DNA from: Squalus acanthias
Lineage: Eukaryota
Assembly: GCA_030390025.1 (NCBI GenBank)
Contig: CM059432.1
Coordinates: forward strand, 52,392,001 to 52,456,000
DNA length: 64,000 nt
Direction: 5' to 3'
Shown here: one piece after another, positions 1 through 12,321 of the stretch
Numbering within the stretch: the first letter of the stretch is position 1
Layout: each line of letters starts with the position of its first letter
Program-made: the position numbers and the translations under genes
Notes under the pieces: generated by a model
What the model saw: the letters and a program-made list of their open reading frames with translations, nothing else
Told to the model about the DNA's origin: nothing
The model's database searches: none

Positions 1-29
1 GTGCATCGAGTCCAATTGTAGCATCATTA

Positions 30-330
30 TTGTCATCCAGATTGAAATCAGAAAACTCAACTCAGAATACAAATGGAATCTGGGACCTTTCTACTTTGTA
101 TAGTTGTACAATCATCTCAAGTGCGTCCCAAGGTTCCAATCTTGGTCCCCTCCTATTTCACGTTTACATGCTGCCCCCTAGCGACATTATTCATAATTGT
201 GAGATCAGCCCCACATGTGATGCTAATGACAGCCAACTCTACCTCTCTGTCACCACCCTCAACTCCACAAATGTGCTCTTGGACTGCTTGTCTGACATCA
301 AGTTGTGAATGAGCCAGAATGCCACCACAA
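30..330 (+). mobile_element. Degenerate L2 LINE reverse transcriptase fragment
   Basis: Translation SQGSNLGPLLFHVYM...CDANDSQLYLS...DCLSDIK matches decayed L2-type RT motifs (PQGSxLGP, YADD). Confidence 0.7.
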
Positions 331-789
331 ACCTCTGCAAGAGCCTCTCCGTTAAGAGGACACCAATAACAAGAACAAATGGTCTGTCCAAATTAATATC
401 CTAAAATAAATAACTTAAATTGCAATTGTCAGATCAGGCTGAAGGAAATAGTCAATCTCATCTGGTGCCCTCCAGTGCGGAATGCTTTTAGTGAATCATT
501 AACTATTATTATGGCTATTAGATTACCTGATTATATCGGTGAGTTGCAGAAAATCTGTTTGGCTTAATTATGTAAAATGTCAAAATTTTCTGCAACTCTG
601 CATTTTGACAAAATTAGGATTTGTTTTTATGATGGCTAGTATTTTAATAATAGAAAATCTCTGCATTTTACAGGCTTCTGGCAAACCAATTAGTTATGCC
701 TCTTTTAATTGAACCCTTAAGGGGACACTGGGTTGCCCCAGTGTCATCAAACAAAAAGATCTAACAAAAGTGTCCCTTCTTTATAGAGG

Positions 790-1420
790 GGCACAACTAA
801 TAAAACCCAAATCATAAAAAAAGACAAAGGAAACTTAACAATTTAAATAATAATGTTTCCGCCCATGTCGACCACACAGTCCCTGCTGTGCCCACTGGCC
901 GCAGAAGGCCTCAAGTGTACAGGCAGACACTGTGTGCTCCTTCTCCAGGGCCACCGGAGCGCAAATAAAGCTGCGGAAGTAAGGCAGGCAGCCAGAGCGA
1001 CCAACCCCATGGCTCGCGTCCAACCTGGACCTGTGGATGGCCACCTTGGCCAGGCCCAGGAGCATACCCACGAGAAGGTCATCTGACTTGCCCTCCCCAC
1101 TCTGCACCGGGTGACCAAAGATCAGGAGCATGGGACAGAAGTGGAGCCAGAAATTGAGGAGCCTTCAAATAATGGAACAGGGGCTGCAACCTCTCACATT
1201 CCATATAGACATGGAACACGGACTCATTCAGGCCACAAATGTTACAAGTGGCCTAGGAGCTTGTGAAGTGGCTCAAAAACGTTTTGTCGGTATTGCTTCG
1301 TGCAACACTCTCCACCCCAGATCCCCAGTAGTGCAGGGGAGGACTACCGTGTAGAGAGCCCTCCATTGGGGACCCCCACCTCCGCTAGACGGCAAGATGG
1401 CACACCAAGACCAATTTGTT
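790..1420 (-). mobile_element. Tx1-clade (L1 superfamily) LINE 3' remnant
   Basis: Minus-strand peptide LLIFGHPV...DLLVGMLLGLAKVAIHRSR, preceded by a degenerate cysteine/zinc-knuckle region (ESVFHVYMEC), resembles Tx1 ORF2 C-termini. T-rich 3' end on the - strand. Confidence 0.6.
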
Positions 1421-1554
1421 ATGGCATGCAAGTACTCAGAAACATTCCAGTTTCAATATATTGGTCAGGGGCGTGACTTCTTTTGGAAGAAGGCAGCAGA
1501 AAAATGCCCAAGGAACATTCTCTACATCAGCATAAGGCAAAGTTCTCAATGGAA

Positions 1555-1790
1555 GGCTCCCCCTGATGGCTCAGTGAGTTTACCCAGTAGCTGGTTAAGC
1601 CATACATGACCTAGGTCTGTTACACTTAATAATGAAGGAAAAGTTGGCTTCAATTCCTGCTTCTGATCACTATCCAGCACCCCCTGCTGGGAACCAGATG
1701 GAGACAGGATTGAGTTCAGCTGCTTTGGCCCTTGTGGTTGACACTCACTGTCAAGGCCACCTGAGCATAATACCAGAAGCAGAAAGAGGA
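1555..1790 (+). mobile_element. LF-SINE-like SINE, degenerate
   Basis: GATGGCTCAG head and TGATCACTATCCAG..CCCCTGCTGG, GACAGGATTGAG, GACACTCACTGTC segments recognised as LF-SINE-like; similar to 33610-33955. Confidence 0.55.
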
Positions 1791-3423
1791 AAAAATCGGC
1801 ATGCAAATTCTTGTGAGATTTTAAAATCATAGGATTTAGGCCTCATAATCACAAGATTACAAGTGGCCAATTAAAAGACAAAATTATGAGTTACCTTATA
1901 AAATCCCATATGGATAGTGCTATGAGCTTACAGCATTTCAAAGAAAATTACTGAACCCTGTCCAGTTCAATCATTGAGTTTTCCTTTGCGCAAGTATAAC
2001 TTTTAGCAGTTTTGAAGCACTGGAATAAACAATATACAACACATGTTTAAAAAATCTCATTGGGGTATATTTTATGAATTCACTGTCCTAGTACAGATCT
2101 TTGCTTGCTGGGTGCACACATTGAGAATTTGGGTGCAGAGATGAGTGGGCCCCCCAGGATTTTCCAGCCATTAATATTATTCTTGATCTATATTCCTAAA
2201 AAGTGTAGCTTCAGACCAGGGCTGTGAGTGTGTAAATTTTACCCTCTATCTGCAAATCTTGCGAATGACTGAGAACAACTGTCTCAGCTCACTCTGGGTC
2301 AGCAAAGAACCAATTGCAGAGATTTATCATCTGCAGCAAGGACAACTGCAGCTAAATTGCAACACAGGGATGGTACTGCCATTGGTTGCAAATTCATCAC
2401 TGCTCTCAACTGTTACGCCTGTGGGCCAATCTCAGCTAGCACTGTGATCTCGTTTACATACACGTATCAAACAGGTGACTGATGCAACAGTTAGCATAGC
2501 CCATTCTTTCACCTCCTTTCTGACTGAATAGCACGACACGACTGCCCAATGTAACTTCACTGATGCATTTCCAAAGTACAGGGGATCACTAAGGGCTGCC
2601 ATATGAAACCCACCCTGAATGTTAGTAAATGACCATATTTGTGTTACAATGGTTTGATGTATGAAGGCCTTGGACAATATCTGTGTGGCAAGGCTTTCAA
2701 GTTGCAGCTTGAATGTGTGCACTGCTAAAGTATGTGTATGCATGAAATGTAATGAAATGACTGTAAGGTTTTGTGAGGTTTAGGCATGGGCAAGCAGTAA
2801 ATGTGGAATAGGCTGGCAGGCCACATTTTGTGGCATGCAATCTTGGGCCATCTATCTGGTAAATGGTACTTTTGGGTAAACTTACCTTGCCAGGTGCGTT
2901 AAATGTGCTTTCGTCTCCTGCACCTGTTCCCAGGTCACCTAAATATAGTATGCAGTTTTGGGCCTGGCCACCAACTCCTGCCAGATATGGTGCAAGGCCC
3001 TCTTGTGAGGAAGGTGCCCTGGAGTGGCAAACAGAGCAAACCCTCCTCACACCCAGCTCATGCAGTAGCACGTCTACTTCACCAGCCATCAACTGGGGGG
3101 TCGAGTCTTGTGCCGCTTCGTCACTTGGCCACCAACTTTGTTTCATGCCTCTGCATTGGATTTGTCTTCTCTTTCTTTTACCATTTCTTTCCCTGCATAC
3201 ATCCTTTGGAAAGCCTAACAAATATTTAAAAGCTTTTTTCAGCTTTTCTAATAGCGGAAATAATTTTTTCTCCCCACGAGGCCACTGTTGGGAAAATTAA
3301 AGGAATACAGCCACTTTAAGGTAAGTGGAGGTGCAGGTCTGTGCCCACTTTCCTGGCAGCTATCATGATGCGTGAATAATCCATCCCCCACAGTTTGCTC
3401 CGGCACAGCAAGGTAAAGACTAG

Positions 3424-4010
3424 GGGGTAAAAATTGGGTAGCGCCCCCTTTCTACCTTCTAATTTTAGCGCCCCGAAAAAGTTAGCGCCCCCATGGCTGA
3501 TTTTCCCAGGTAGCGCCCCGAGAGGGAGGAGGACGCGCCGCGGTACTGCAGGCCTTCCTCCCCTTATTAAAGGGGAGGGGCCTGGCGCAGCGTGTCCCGG
3601 CACCCAGCTGGGCCACCAGGGATCGGGAGTGCCAGCAAACAAGCCCAGCACTCAAGAGGAGTGCTGGGCTCACGGAGAGCAGCCGGCACCCCGCGGGGGG
3701 ACTTCACGGGGGTCGGGGACAGCAACAGGGACAGGTGCTGGCAGATGGCCAGCAACAAAAATGACCGCCCGCCACCTCCCCTTTAACTAGGCCCCCCCTG
3801 ACCCCGGCGGACATAGCGTCCGGTGGTAAGTCAGGGGGCGCCACCCAATGTTACAGCCGGGGCGTTAGCGGGGCGCTATGCACGGTGATGACGTTATTGC
3901 CGCGCGGCGCTAACGGTTAGCGCCGCCGCTAACCTCCCTCTGAATTTCGCGGGAGGCGTTAGCGGCGCTGCGCCCAGGCGCTAGTTGATTTGCGCCCCGT
4001 TAGCGCCCTC
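3424..4010 (+). mobile_element. Non-autonomous Harbinger derivative related to the intact copies (right TIR missing)
   Basis: Starts GGGGTAAAAATT, identical to the TIR at 27849. Many TTAGCGCC/GGCGCTAA motifs. 3960-4010 resembles the right subterminal region of copy 1 (~31965-32010). CpG-rich. Confidence 0.75.
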
Positions 4011-5174
4011 TATGTTTGGAGCTGAGGCTTACTCCCTGCAAACTTGGCTTATGACTCATCTTATGAGCCTAAGCTTGGCAGCTGAACTCCGTTATAAACA
4101 GATCCATGGTGCAACTAGAACCCTCATGGAGCAAACCATTTGAGTCCTCAAACAATGGCCGAGAAATTAGGCTCCCTGGCTTCCCGCAGGTGCAAGGATC
4201 GCGCGTGCACCTACCTACCGCGCCTGCCATTAACCTCTGGGCCCACGGGGACTTCAGCTCCTGGGCCTCCTGCAGCTGCCGGCGCGCAGTGCTTGTGTAT
4301 CCCAGGGGCGTAGTTAGTGCGATGCGTCCCCTGGGATCACGTGGGCCATGGAGAGCCAATGGCAGCAGACCATCTTTCATTCATAGATTTGACAGGAAGA
4401 CCTGTCAAATCTATGAATTGAAATCGTCCCCAAAACAACACCTAAACTTCAAATAAATTAAAAAAAAACATCACATTTTTAAAATAACTATAAGTTAAAT
4501 AAATTAACTACTTTAAACAAAAAAAATTAAAATACTTTTTAACAGTGCTAAAAATAAATTTAGATTTCTTTAAAGTATCTAAAAAAGGTAAACCTGTTGA
4601 AAATTTTTTAAAATTGTAATTAATTAGCCACTTACCTTGTTAAAAACGGGTCTTGCGCCTCCTTTTTAAATGTGCAGCTACTTCAATACTTACCCTCCCG
4701 GAGAAACCTGAAAAAAAATCTAAGTTCGCTGCGTGCGCGCAGCCTCTCCCGCGCACGTGGTTCACCTCTCAACCCCTCCCTTCGCGAGACCAGAAGTTCC
4801 GGTTTCCCGCGCATGTGCAGTGCATGCAGGAAACCGACACTTCAGGAGGCCTTACGGGTGAGTACACAGCGCGTACTCACCCGGCAAGTGCCGAATTTTT
4901 GGCCCAATGATTCAGGTGCCCGAACAGGGCTGGTGGTTTCTTGCAACACAGCCCAGAAAAAGTTTTCTATATGATTATGGTTTGCTCTATGCTGCATAAC
5001 TTTCTTCTGCTAGAGCCATCATTGGACAAGGGCCTTCCGTGGGAGGAGAGAGCTGATGCTGATAACATAGAGCATGGCGAGGAAGCAGTAGGATCCAAAA
5101 GTTGTCTGCAGCTAGAGCTGTTCAGCAGCAGCGCAGTGAAGAGAACTAATATTGAACATGCTCTCATCCATTAA
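4011..5174 (+). pseudogene. Old Harbinger (HARBI1-like) transposase C-terminal remnant split by a MITE
   Basis: 4011-4156 reads AYSLQTWLMT...ELRYKQIHGATRTLMEQTI*VLKQ. After the MITE it resumes FRC..GGFLQHSPEKVFYMIMVCSMLHNF, colinear with the intact transposase C-terminus. Confidence 0.8.
4157..4905 (+). mobile_element. Harbinger-type MITE
   Basis: Imperfect TIRs GGCCGAGAAATT / AATTTTTGGCCC, 3-bp TSD AAT, GC-rich arms and an AT-rich centre; related to 8888-9655. Confidence 0.75.
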
Positions 5175-6102
5175 TTGTCAGGGCCAATATCTGTCCCAGT
5201 CCTTCCGCACTACAATAAATAACATCTGCCCAAATACCAAAATTAGTCTTCATGCCACGTAACATTTCAAGGTCACCAGCTACTACAGGAACACTCTCTG
5301 CACTGTGGTTTTGCTGACTTACAGAAAGTACTACAAACTATTGTGTTCACTCCGGTGTGAGACCCTAGTGCCTGCCTGAAGTTCTTTTTTTATCTACTGT
5401 AGTGCTTCTACAAGGTGCTTCCTGGCGGTTGCAACCTGGGAGGAGGAAGTTGATTCATTCAAGGCTCATGGCATGTTTATGGTCAGTGACCTCTAGGACC
5501 TTGGGCCTAAGAGGGGGCCAGTGCAGATGGCAACAACTTGGCATCTGCCATGCCATTCTGGCATAAAGGCAGGCATTAGTTCAGTGGTCACAAGGATACA
5601 GAAGTGTTATCATCATGTTCAGTTCCCATTGCACAACTGCCCCTGCCTGGGCTGTGGCTCAGTGCTCCCACTGAACTGCGGGAGAGCAGACTATAGGAGA
5701 TCAGTGATCCGTTTTAAGCCTCTATCCATTTAATCTCTCAGCCTGTCCAAGGCAGAGGAGTTGGTTGAGCCAACGGCCTGCTTGGCTCCGGTATGAGTAT
5801 TCCTGAGAGATTCTATTATTGTTGTCACAGGCTCCTGTGGTGAGGCGGGGAGGGGGGTTGGGGGGTGACACTTCCACCTGCTCCTGCTCATTTCTGCTTG
5901 GTGAAGCTCCAGTCCATTTCCCTTGTAAGGGGTTTTGTCGTGCTTGTATCGCAGACGGTGCTGGTGCGGGGTTAGGCCTTCGTTGCCTAATACTATTGCT
6001 TGCTCTGGTCTCCGGCCAGCCTTGTTGCAATAAACACCTGTGAGTGGTTCGACCCACTCGCCCTTACGGTTCTAACACTGGACTTAGGTGCGAGAGCAGT
6101 AA

Positions 6103-7698
6103 TGCAGAGAAAAACTCAAATAGACCCGGTTGAATAGTACGAAATGGAAATCTTTATTGCATAGCGTCCAAAATCATGAAGTACATGTCATAGGCGCAAA
6201 TTAACGCGAGTACAAGTATACATACATTCATAAAGCTTGGTCTATGGTAATGAAGAACGCACGGCACATCGTAAAAAGGGGAACACATTATACTTTATCC
6301 TTAATAAAACCACCCTCCCCTATCAATACCTACACTACATCTAGATTTGTAGGATCGGGAAACATGCTCACCACTCGTGATACTTCGGAGAATTTTAAAG
6401 TGAGGCGCTCGGCTCGTTTCGCTGCAGCGCCTGACTGTCACGTGTTTGGAGGAGTCTCTGTACCCCACTTGTTTATTTTCGCTGCTGCGACAAGCAGGCT
6501 GGGCTCCCCGTTGTCATGAAGAACTCGACAGCACTCGGGCCCGGCTGTAGAATTCAAAGAAAAGTCTTCCTGTACTGACACCAGTTGTCGGTAGAATTCA
6601 AAGAAGAGTCTTTGGCCGGTTCGTGCAGTAACCTGTAGAGTTCAAGAAATGGGTCGTATATTTTCGGGCGCGGTCGGGGTTTGCTGACCGCGGCGGCACG
6701 TGGATTCTTCTCCTCTTCTTCTCGTCTCGTCTCGTCTCTTCGGGCCTTCGGGTCCAGACACCGTTTACCGACCCTCGGGATGGTGCACTCGGCCACTTGC
6801 CCTCGTTGAGGCGGCTCGTTCCGTTTGAGCTCCACCCAACATTCGAGTAACCGACCAGTACGGCTAAGAGTCAACAAAGTCCAGGAAAAGCACAGAAGCT
6901 CACCAGTCAAGCGAGTCCATGGAGCGGCAAGCGAATAAGAGAGTGAAACCCTCAGCAGTCAGCAGCGAGACAAGAGAATAAGCGAGCGATGGACATTTGT
7001 TGTCTATAGTTATAGTGCTGTGTTCCCATATCTCCCGCCCAAATCTTAATGTTTGTCCTTTGTGAAATATTGGCGCTCAAAACTCCCAGCATGGGGTGAT
7101 TCTTGTCTTTAACGGGTTTCGGTAGCACCTGAGACTGGCCAACTACCCGTTAATGTTTTCCCCATTGTTGGCCCAGCCAGGATCGTATGAATCGTCTCCC
7201 TGACTGGTTTTGGGGGCCCCCGAATACTTGTTTAATCACCCGAGAATGGCTCTCTCATTGTAGAGCCGTGGGGGTATTTGTGTATTGATGTGTCTGGATG
7301 GGCCTTCGATTGCCCAGTACAATGGTCCTTACTTGTGCATGGAAAACGATTCCAGCACTCATATCTTTTGCTATTGTCACAAATGCAAACAGGTTGCATC
7401 CTGTCTTTATCAGTGCTTATCGAGTATGATCCCGTCTTATATTGAAAATGTTTATTCGAACGCCATCTTGTCTGCCCACTGTACTTCTGGAAGCTTCTGC
7501 CACGATGCTCGGCGGCCATTTTACAGGCTTCTGTGTCCTTTATATCATGACAGCATTTCGTTTAAATAAACTGATCAAACGAATCTGCTTCTATCTCGTT
7601 ATTTCGAATCGCGATAATTGCGAAACTTTACACCCTCAAACACATGATCTACGCCACATGGGATGCTGATTTCTGTGCTGGTCCCTGGCAGGGTAACA
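6103..7698 (-). mobile_element. Probable long solo LTR (CpG-rich)
   Basis: TG...CA ends with GTAA/GTGA flanks (1 mismatch). On the - strand: CCAAT (~7070), GC box (~7035), TATA-like (~7010) and AATAAA (~6155) about 50 bp from the end. Non-coding. Confidence 0.5.
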
Positions 7699-8341
7699 GT
7701 GAATAGTGGTACATTGCCATTAAGGTTTTCACTGTCAGTCCATCGGGCACTGGTATCTGAGTCTTCTGATTGACCTAGAAAAAAGGGGAGCGGGACAAGC
7801 TAACGATGTAATTGCAAAGGCAAATGCTAGAAGATCAGTGAGAGCCCTATGCCACATCAGGTTGTCCAGTTAAGGAGGCTGGTGAATGTGTGACTGAAAG
7901 AAAGAAGTAGAAAGAAGAAGGTAAGATGCCAACAAACCCTGCAGTGACAGGCCTCCAGCTGTGTCATCTCCAATTCTGACTGCTGTGCATCTTCCTATGA
8001 TATCAATGACAGCCTCTTCCATAGGGGTGAATGTTTGTAAAGTGACAGGACCATCTATATGCAGAGTGTCTCCCTCCTGTTGTGTGTCAGCATCTCCTGC
8101 AAGAAGAGTGGAAGTGGATTAATATGTGCCCTGGCTTTCAATCCTCGCCATATGGAAACTAGACTTGTGCTACTGGCCTGCAGGCAAGACTCCTCACCGG
8201 CAGTGTAAACTTGCAAGTTATATCCATAACATATATAAAAAGATATCCACTTTGGTAAAAGGAACATGAGTCACCATCACCATCAAGAGGGAGATTATTA
8301 GAGAAAAAAAGACTAACCTTTCATTTTAAGATGAGTTACTT

Positions 8342-8478
8342 TTGCCGGGAATTTCCTCAGTGCATCTTCTGCTCCGCCATCATAACTTTGGTTGAAAGTC
8401 CATTTACACGCAGAAACAGGGCTTCTGCCAAACCTCCGCCAAAGTTACGACAGTGGAATGGGAGAAATCCCGAGCAAA
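8342..8478. repeat. Short imperfect foldback (palindromic MITE-like)
   Basis: TTGCCGGGAATTTC...GAAATCCCGAGCAA ends, with internal TAACTTTGG/CCAAAGTTA complementarity. Confidence 0.5.
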
Positions 8479-8887
8479 TTTCTGGTATTTATTTTTAGTA
8501 CCATTATCTTAAATTTCTTAACATTAAATGCTGTTACCCATTCATGTTCCCAGTTTCTAAATAGGTCTTATTGAACAATATCTAACTCCTTGGAATAACC
8601 CATTTACTTGGGCATCTTTATGTCTTCTGCAGACTTGGGCAATACTTGTGGTAACTTTGTCAAGGTTATTAGTGAATGTTCTGAACAGCAGGGGTCCCTG
8701 CTGCTTTGAAGATTGCTATTTAGAGAAATATAAAGTATTGTGAATTGATACTGTTTGGGTTCACTATATATGAACTTCGTGACTGAAAAAATGCATTAAT
8801 CAAGCTGTCAATACCTCTGCTAATAGACATGGTAGCCTGAATACCTGCATTGTTCTCTTGTCCTTCCCACGTTCTTCCTGATTTAAT

Positions 8888-9655
8888 GGCCTGGAAATTG
8901 CGGTCGGAGGCTTACCGCCCACGTACGCCTCCGAACCGCAAGAAAACTCCGTACTTACCTGCTGCCTCCGGAGCTTTGGACTCTTGCGGTCCTGGGTCTG
9001 CAGGCGTACGCCTGCGTAAAGGCCCACGCATCCCAGGAGCGCGTGCGGTTCAGAAACATCCCTGGATCATGTGGGCCAACCAAACCAATGACAAAGAGGG
9101 ATTCCTATTATGCTTATGGGGATTCCATTTCCGTACGGAATCCCCATAAGCATAATAGAAGTCACCTAAAAAGTACAATTTCACAACACTGAAATAAAAT
9201 AAATAATCACAGGTTCAAAATTAATTAAAATACCCTTTAATTAAACATTTAAAATAAAAAATTTAATTTTGAAAAATAAATTTCAACATTTTTAGCCGGG
9301 ACAAAATTGACGTAAACTAATTTTAAATGTAAGTGAATGTTTAAATCATTTAAAAATGTTATTTTAACATTTATTTAAATCCTTACACTGGTAAACGAAG
9401 GCCTTACGCCCGCTTTTACTAGGCATAAGGGTTTGGTGGGTATTTGCTGGGCAGTAGTTAAGCAAATAGCCCAACTCTGCGCCAGCGATAGTGAATTTAC
9501 AGCGGATGCGTACGATCTGTCAAGGTGAAACTTGACAGATCGCAAGTTCCGGGTTTTCGCGCGTGCTCATCGCATGCGGAAACTCGGAACTTCCAGGGCA
9601 CTTACGACGGCGTACTCTGTGCATAAGCCGTCATAGGCCCGATAAAATCCCGGCC
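8888..9655 (+). mobile_element. Harbinger-type MITE
   Basis: TIRs GGCCTGGAAATT / AAAATCCCGGCC, TSD AAT on both sides, CGTACG-type subterminal motifs, AT-rich core. Confidence 0.8.
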
Positions 9656-10086
9656 AATATGTGCAACTGCTGAGTCCAAAGCCTCAATTTTGCAAAAGTG
9701 GGGCTGTGCACCAGTTGCTCGGGGGTGGGTCATGCTGAATTTTGCGATGGGAGTCGCTCCCCCAATTTGAATGGACTACAGGCGCAGCAAAACCTTGCCC
9801 AGAGAGCTTGACTTGTAGTAACACACTTGTCTAAGGAGCGCAAAATCCAGAAGGTAGCAGCTCTTAAAAGGCTGCAGCTTACCATAAAAGGAGAGGTCGT
9901 GAAGGTAGCACAAAAGTGGACTAAATTGTTTATAGTGGCACAGTGGAGACATGTGGACAACATTACTTCCTTTGACATTGTAGAGTTGGAGGTGCTGCTG
10001 CAGGAGGTGTTTCAAAGGCCAGGGAGATGTATTGAGTGGAATGCCCAGGGGTTAGTGCTGGGACCCCTATTGTTTAGAATTTAAAT

Positions 10087-10683
10087 GAGAAGTCGCACAA
10101 CACCAGGTTATAGTCCAACAGTTTTATTTGAAATCACAAGCTTTCGGAGCTTACGTTGCCCCTTCCTCAGGTGAAGTAAAGAGATACAGAATCGCCAAAG
10201 CATATATAGATAGAGAACAATGCATGTGTTACTTACAAAAGCAGACGACTACATTTAAATCAACCTGACTGTTTATCTGCCGAGGTGTGACAAAAGGCAA
10301 TCAGGTCAGCCAGGAAAGTACCACATCAAAGACATAGCAAGATACAACTGAGACAATGAGGTGGAGCCACAGGGGGTCCAATGTGTCAAAAGCCGCAGTA
10401 TGGGAAACGATAAACTTTAAAAATTTTTACTTTTTTACTGGGAATCACATCTGTTAACAAGCCAATGACGACTCGAGTCTGGATCACGTCATGTATCGTG
10501 ACATAAACCCAAGATCCCGGTTGAGGCCGTCCTCATGAGTGCGGAACTTGGCTATCAGTTTCTGCTCGATGATTTTGCGTTGTCGTGTGTTTCTAAGGCC
10601 GCCTTGGAGAACGCTTACCCGCAGATCCGAGGCTGAATGTCCTTGACTGCTGAAGTGTTCCCCGACTGGGTGATTGTTGCGCG
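10087..10683 (-). mobile_element. 5'-truncated Penelope-like element inserted in a CR1 RT remnant
   Basis: 10-bp TSD GAATTTAAAT (10077-10086 and 10684-10693). 10490-10683 matches the GIY-YIG C-terminal region of the element at 25163-26791. Flanks read PQGLVLGPLLF and KFAND (CR1 RT). Confidence 0.85.
10134..10174 (-). ncRNA. Minimal type I hammerhead ribozyme in Penelope terminal repeat
   Basis: Reverse complement reads UCAC-CUGAGGA-A-GGGGC-loop-GCUCC-GAAA-GCUU-GUGA: CUGANGA and GAAA cores, stem I UCAC/GUGA, stem II, palindromic stem III AAGCUU. Confidence 0.75.
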
Positions 10684-11478
10684 GAATTTAAATAGATGAC
10701 CTGCTTTCAGAAAAGCAATGCAAATTTGTCAAATTTGCAAACGATAACCTGGTGGGGCACAGGGCTGTTACTGATCTGCCAGCACTTGCCTTTGCAATTA
10801 CATTGTTAGCTTGTCCCTCTCCCCGTTTTCTAGGTTAATCAGAAGACTCAGATACCAGTGCCAGATCAACACGAAGGGAGGGGGAGGTTGAAGCAGCCAA
10901 GGAGTTACAGAAAGACTTAGGCAAAATTTGAAAGCTGGCAGAACAATGGAAGATGAAATCCAATGCAGATAAGGGTAAAGTGTCACAGACTGGAAAAATG
11001 TAGAATATACTTACCTAATGAACAATAGCAAATTAGCTAGTGTGGTGGCTGACAGCAATCTGGGAGTGATAATAGAGTCATTGGCCTAGAAATTTGATTA
11101 AGCCCGAAAAGAGGTGGTGCCACCACGGGCCAAGTCAAAAAGAGCGCAGGCAGCACTGGTATTTTGGTGCTGCCTGCTGATTTAAATGAGCGCAGTGCAG
11201 AACTTCCCGTGCTACGCGCTCTTTCAGACGATAAGATCAGCAGGAGGCCGAAGGTTGGGTCTAAAGGATCTGTGCAGTGTTCTCAGGAAATCACGATTTA
11301 TTAAAGTGAAGTGCAATGTTTACGGTTATGTTTCTCGGTTGACAGAGATGGTATGTACGATAAATGAAAGCCTAAAAATACACTAATCTGTCATATTTTA
11401 AAGAATGCAACCAATATTTCTGATTCTACTCCCTAGAATACAAATGAAAGCAACCTATTTTTTTAATACACATACATA

Positions 11479-12321
11479 GGGCTGGATTTTGATACTGGGG
11501 ACGTGATGGAGGCGGGACTCCCACTTTTTGGGTTGTAGACCCGCCTCCATTGACTTGTGGCCAACCCACTGCATTTTCACTTGATTGACCTTGTTGAGCC
11601 CGCCCAGTGAGCTCAGCAGGCCAATTAAGGGCCACCTGGCAACAGGTGACGCCACAGATTGACATTTCATCTGTCAAGAGCTTTTGACAGATGAAATATC
11701 AGCGTTTGACAGCTCTGTGAAGCTGTCAAACACTGACAATCTGTCTTCTAACTTGAGTCCTTCCTCTCAGGCTGAGTTAGAAATCATTCCAGCACAGAAA
11801 ACAGAACTGCAGTTTTTGACAGGTCAACGGCCATTCTGCTTTCTGTGCCGGTGAGATTTCTGACTCCCGAGACCTGAAGGGCTGACACCTGCAGGAGGAA
11901 GTTAAGGTAAGTAAAACTTTTTTCCCACACTTTACACTTACCTTACACACTTACCTCTGCACACATGCACTCATCACTCACCTGCCCACCGGACATATCG
12001 ACCCCTCCAACCCCTGCAGACCCACGTCCGCCTCGCTAACTTGGCGTGGTTGGGACCTGTCGGGAAGCCCACATTTCACGCATCAAAATAGGGATTAGGC
12101 AAAAAACTGCCTGTTAACTACCTGTTAACAGGCAGTTTATTGTCACTAATCCCCTTCCCGCCTCGGGGAGACGGGTCCCAGCACAGGTCGGGTACCCGCC
12201 TCCAGCGAAACTGGCATGGAGGCGGGTTGGGGGCGGGATGGGTTCGGGACCCCCGAATCTGCAACTTTAACCCCCCACACGCCTCCAAACCCGCCTCCAC
12301 GGTTCAATGAAAATCCAGCCC
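11479..12321 (+). mobile_element. Harbinger-type MITE, 843 bp
   Basis: Perfect 12-bp TIRs GGGCTGGATTTT / AAAATCCAGCCC and 3-bp TSD ATA on both sides; no coding capacity. Confidence 0.88.

Noticed and set aside
5820..6077. Small LTR-like segment (TGTT...AACA with AATAAA)
   Set aside because: No TSD and unclear 5' boundary.
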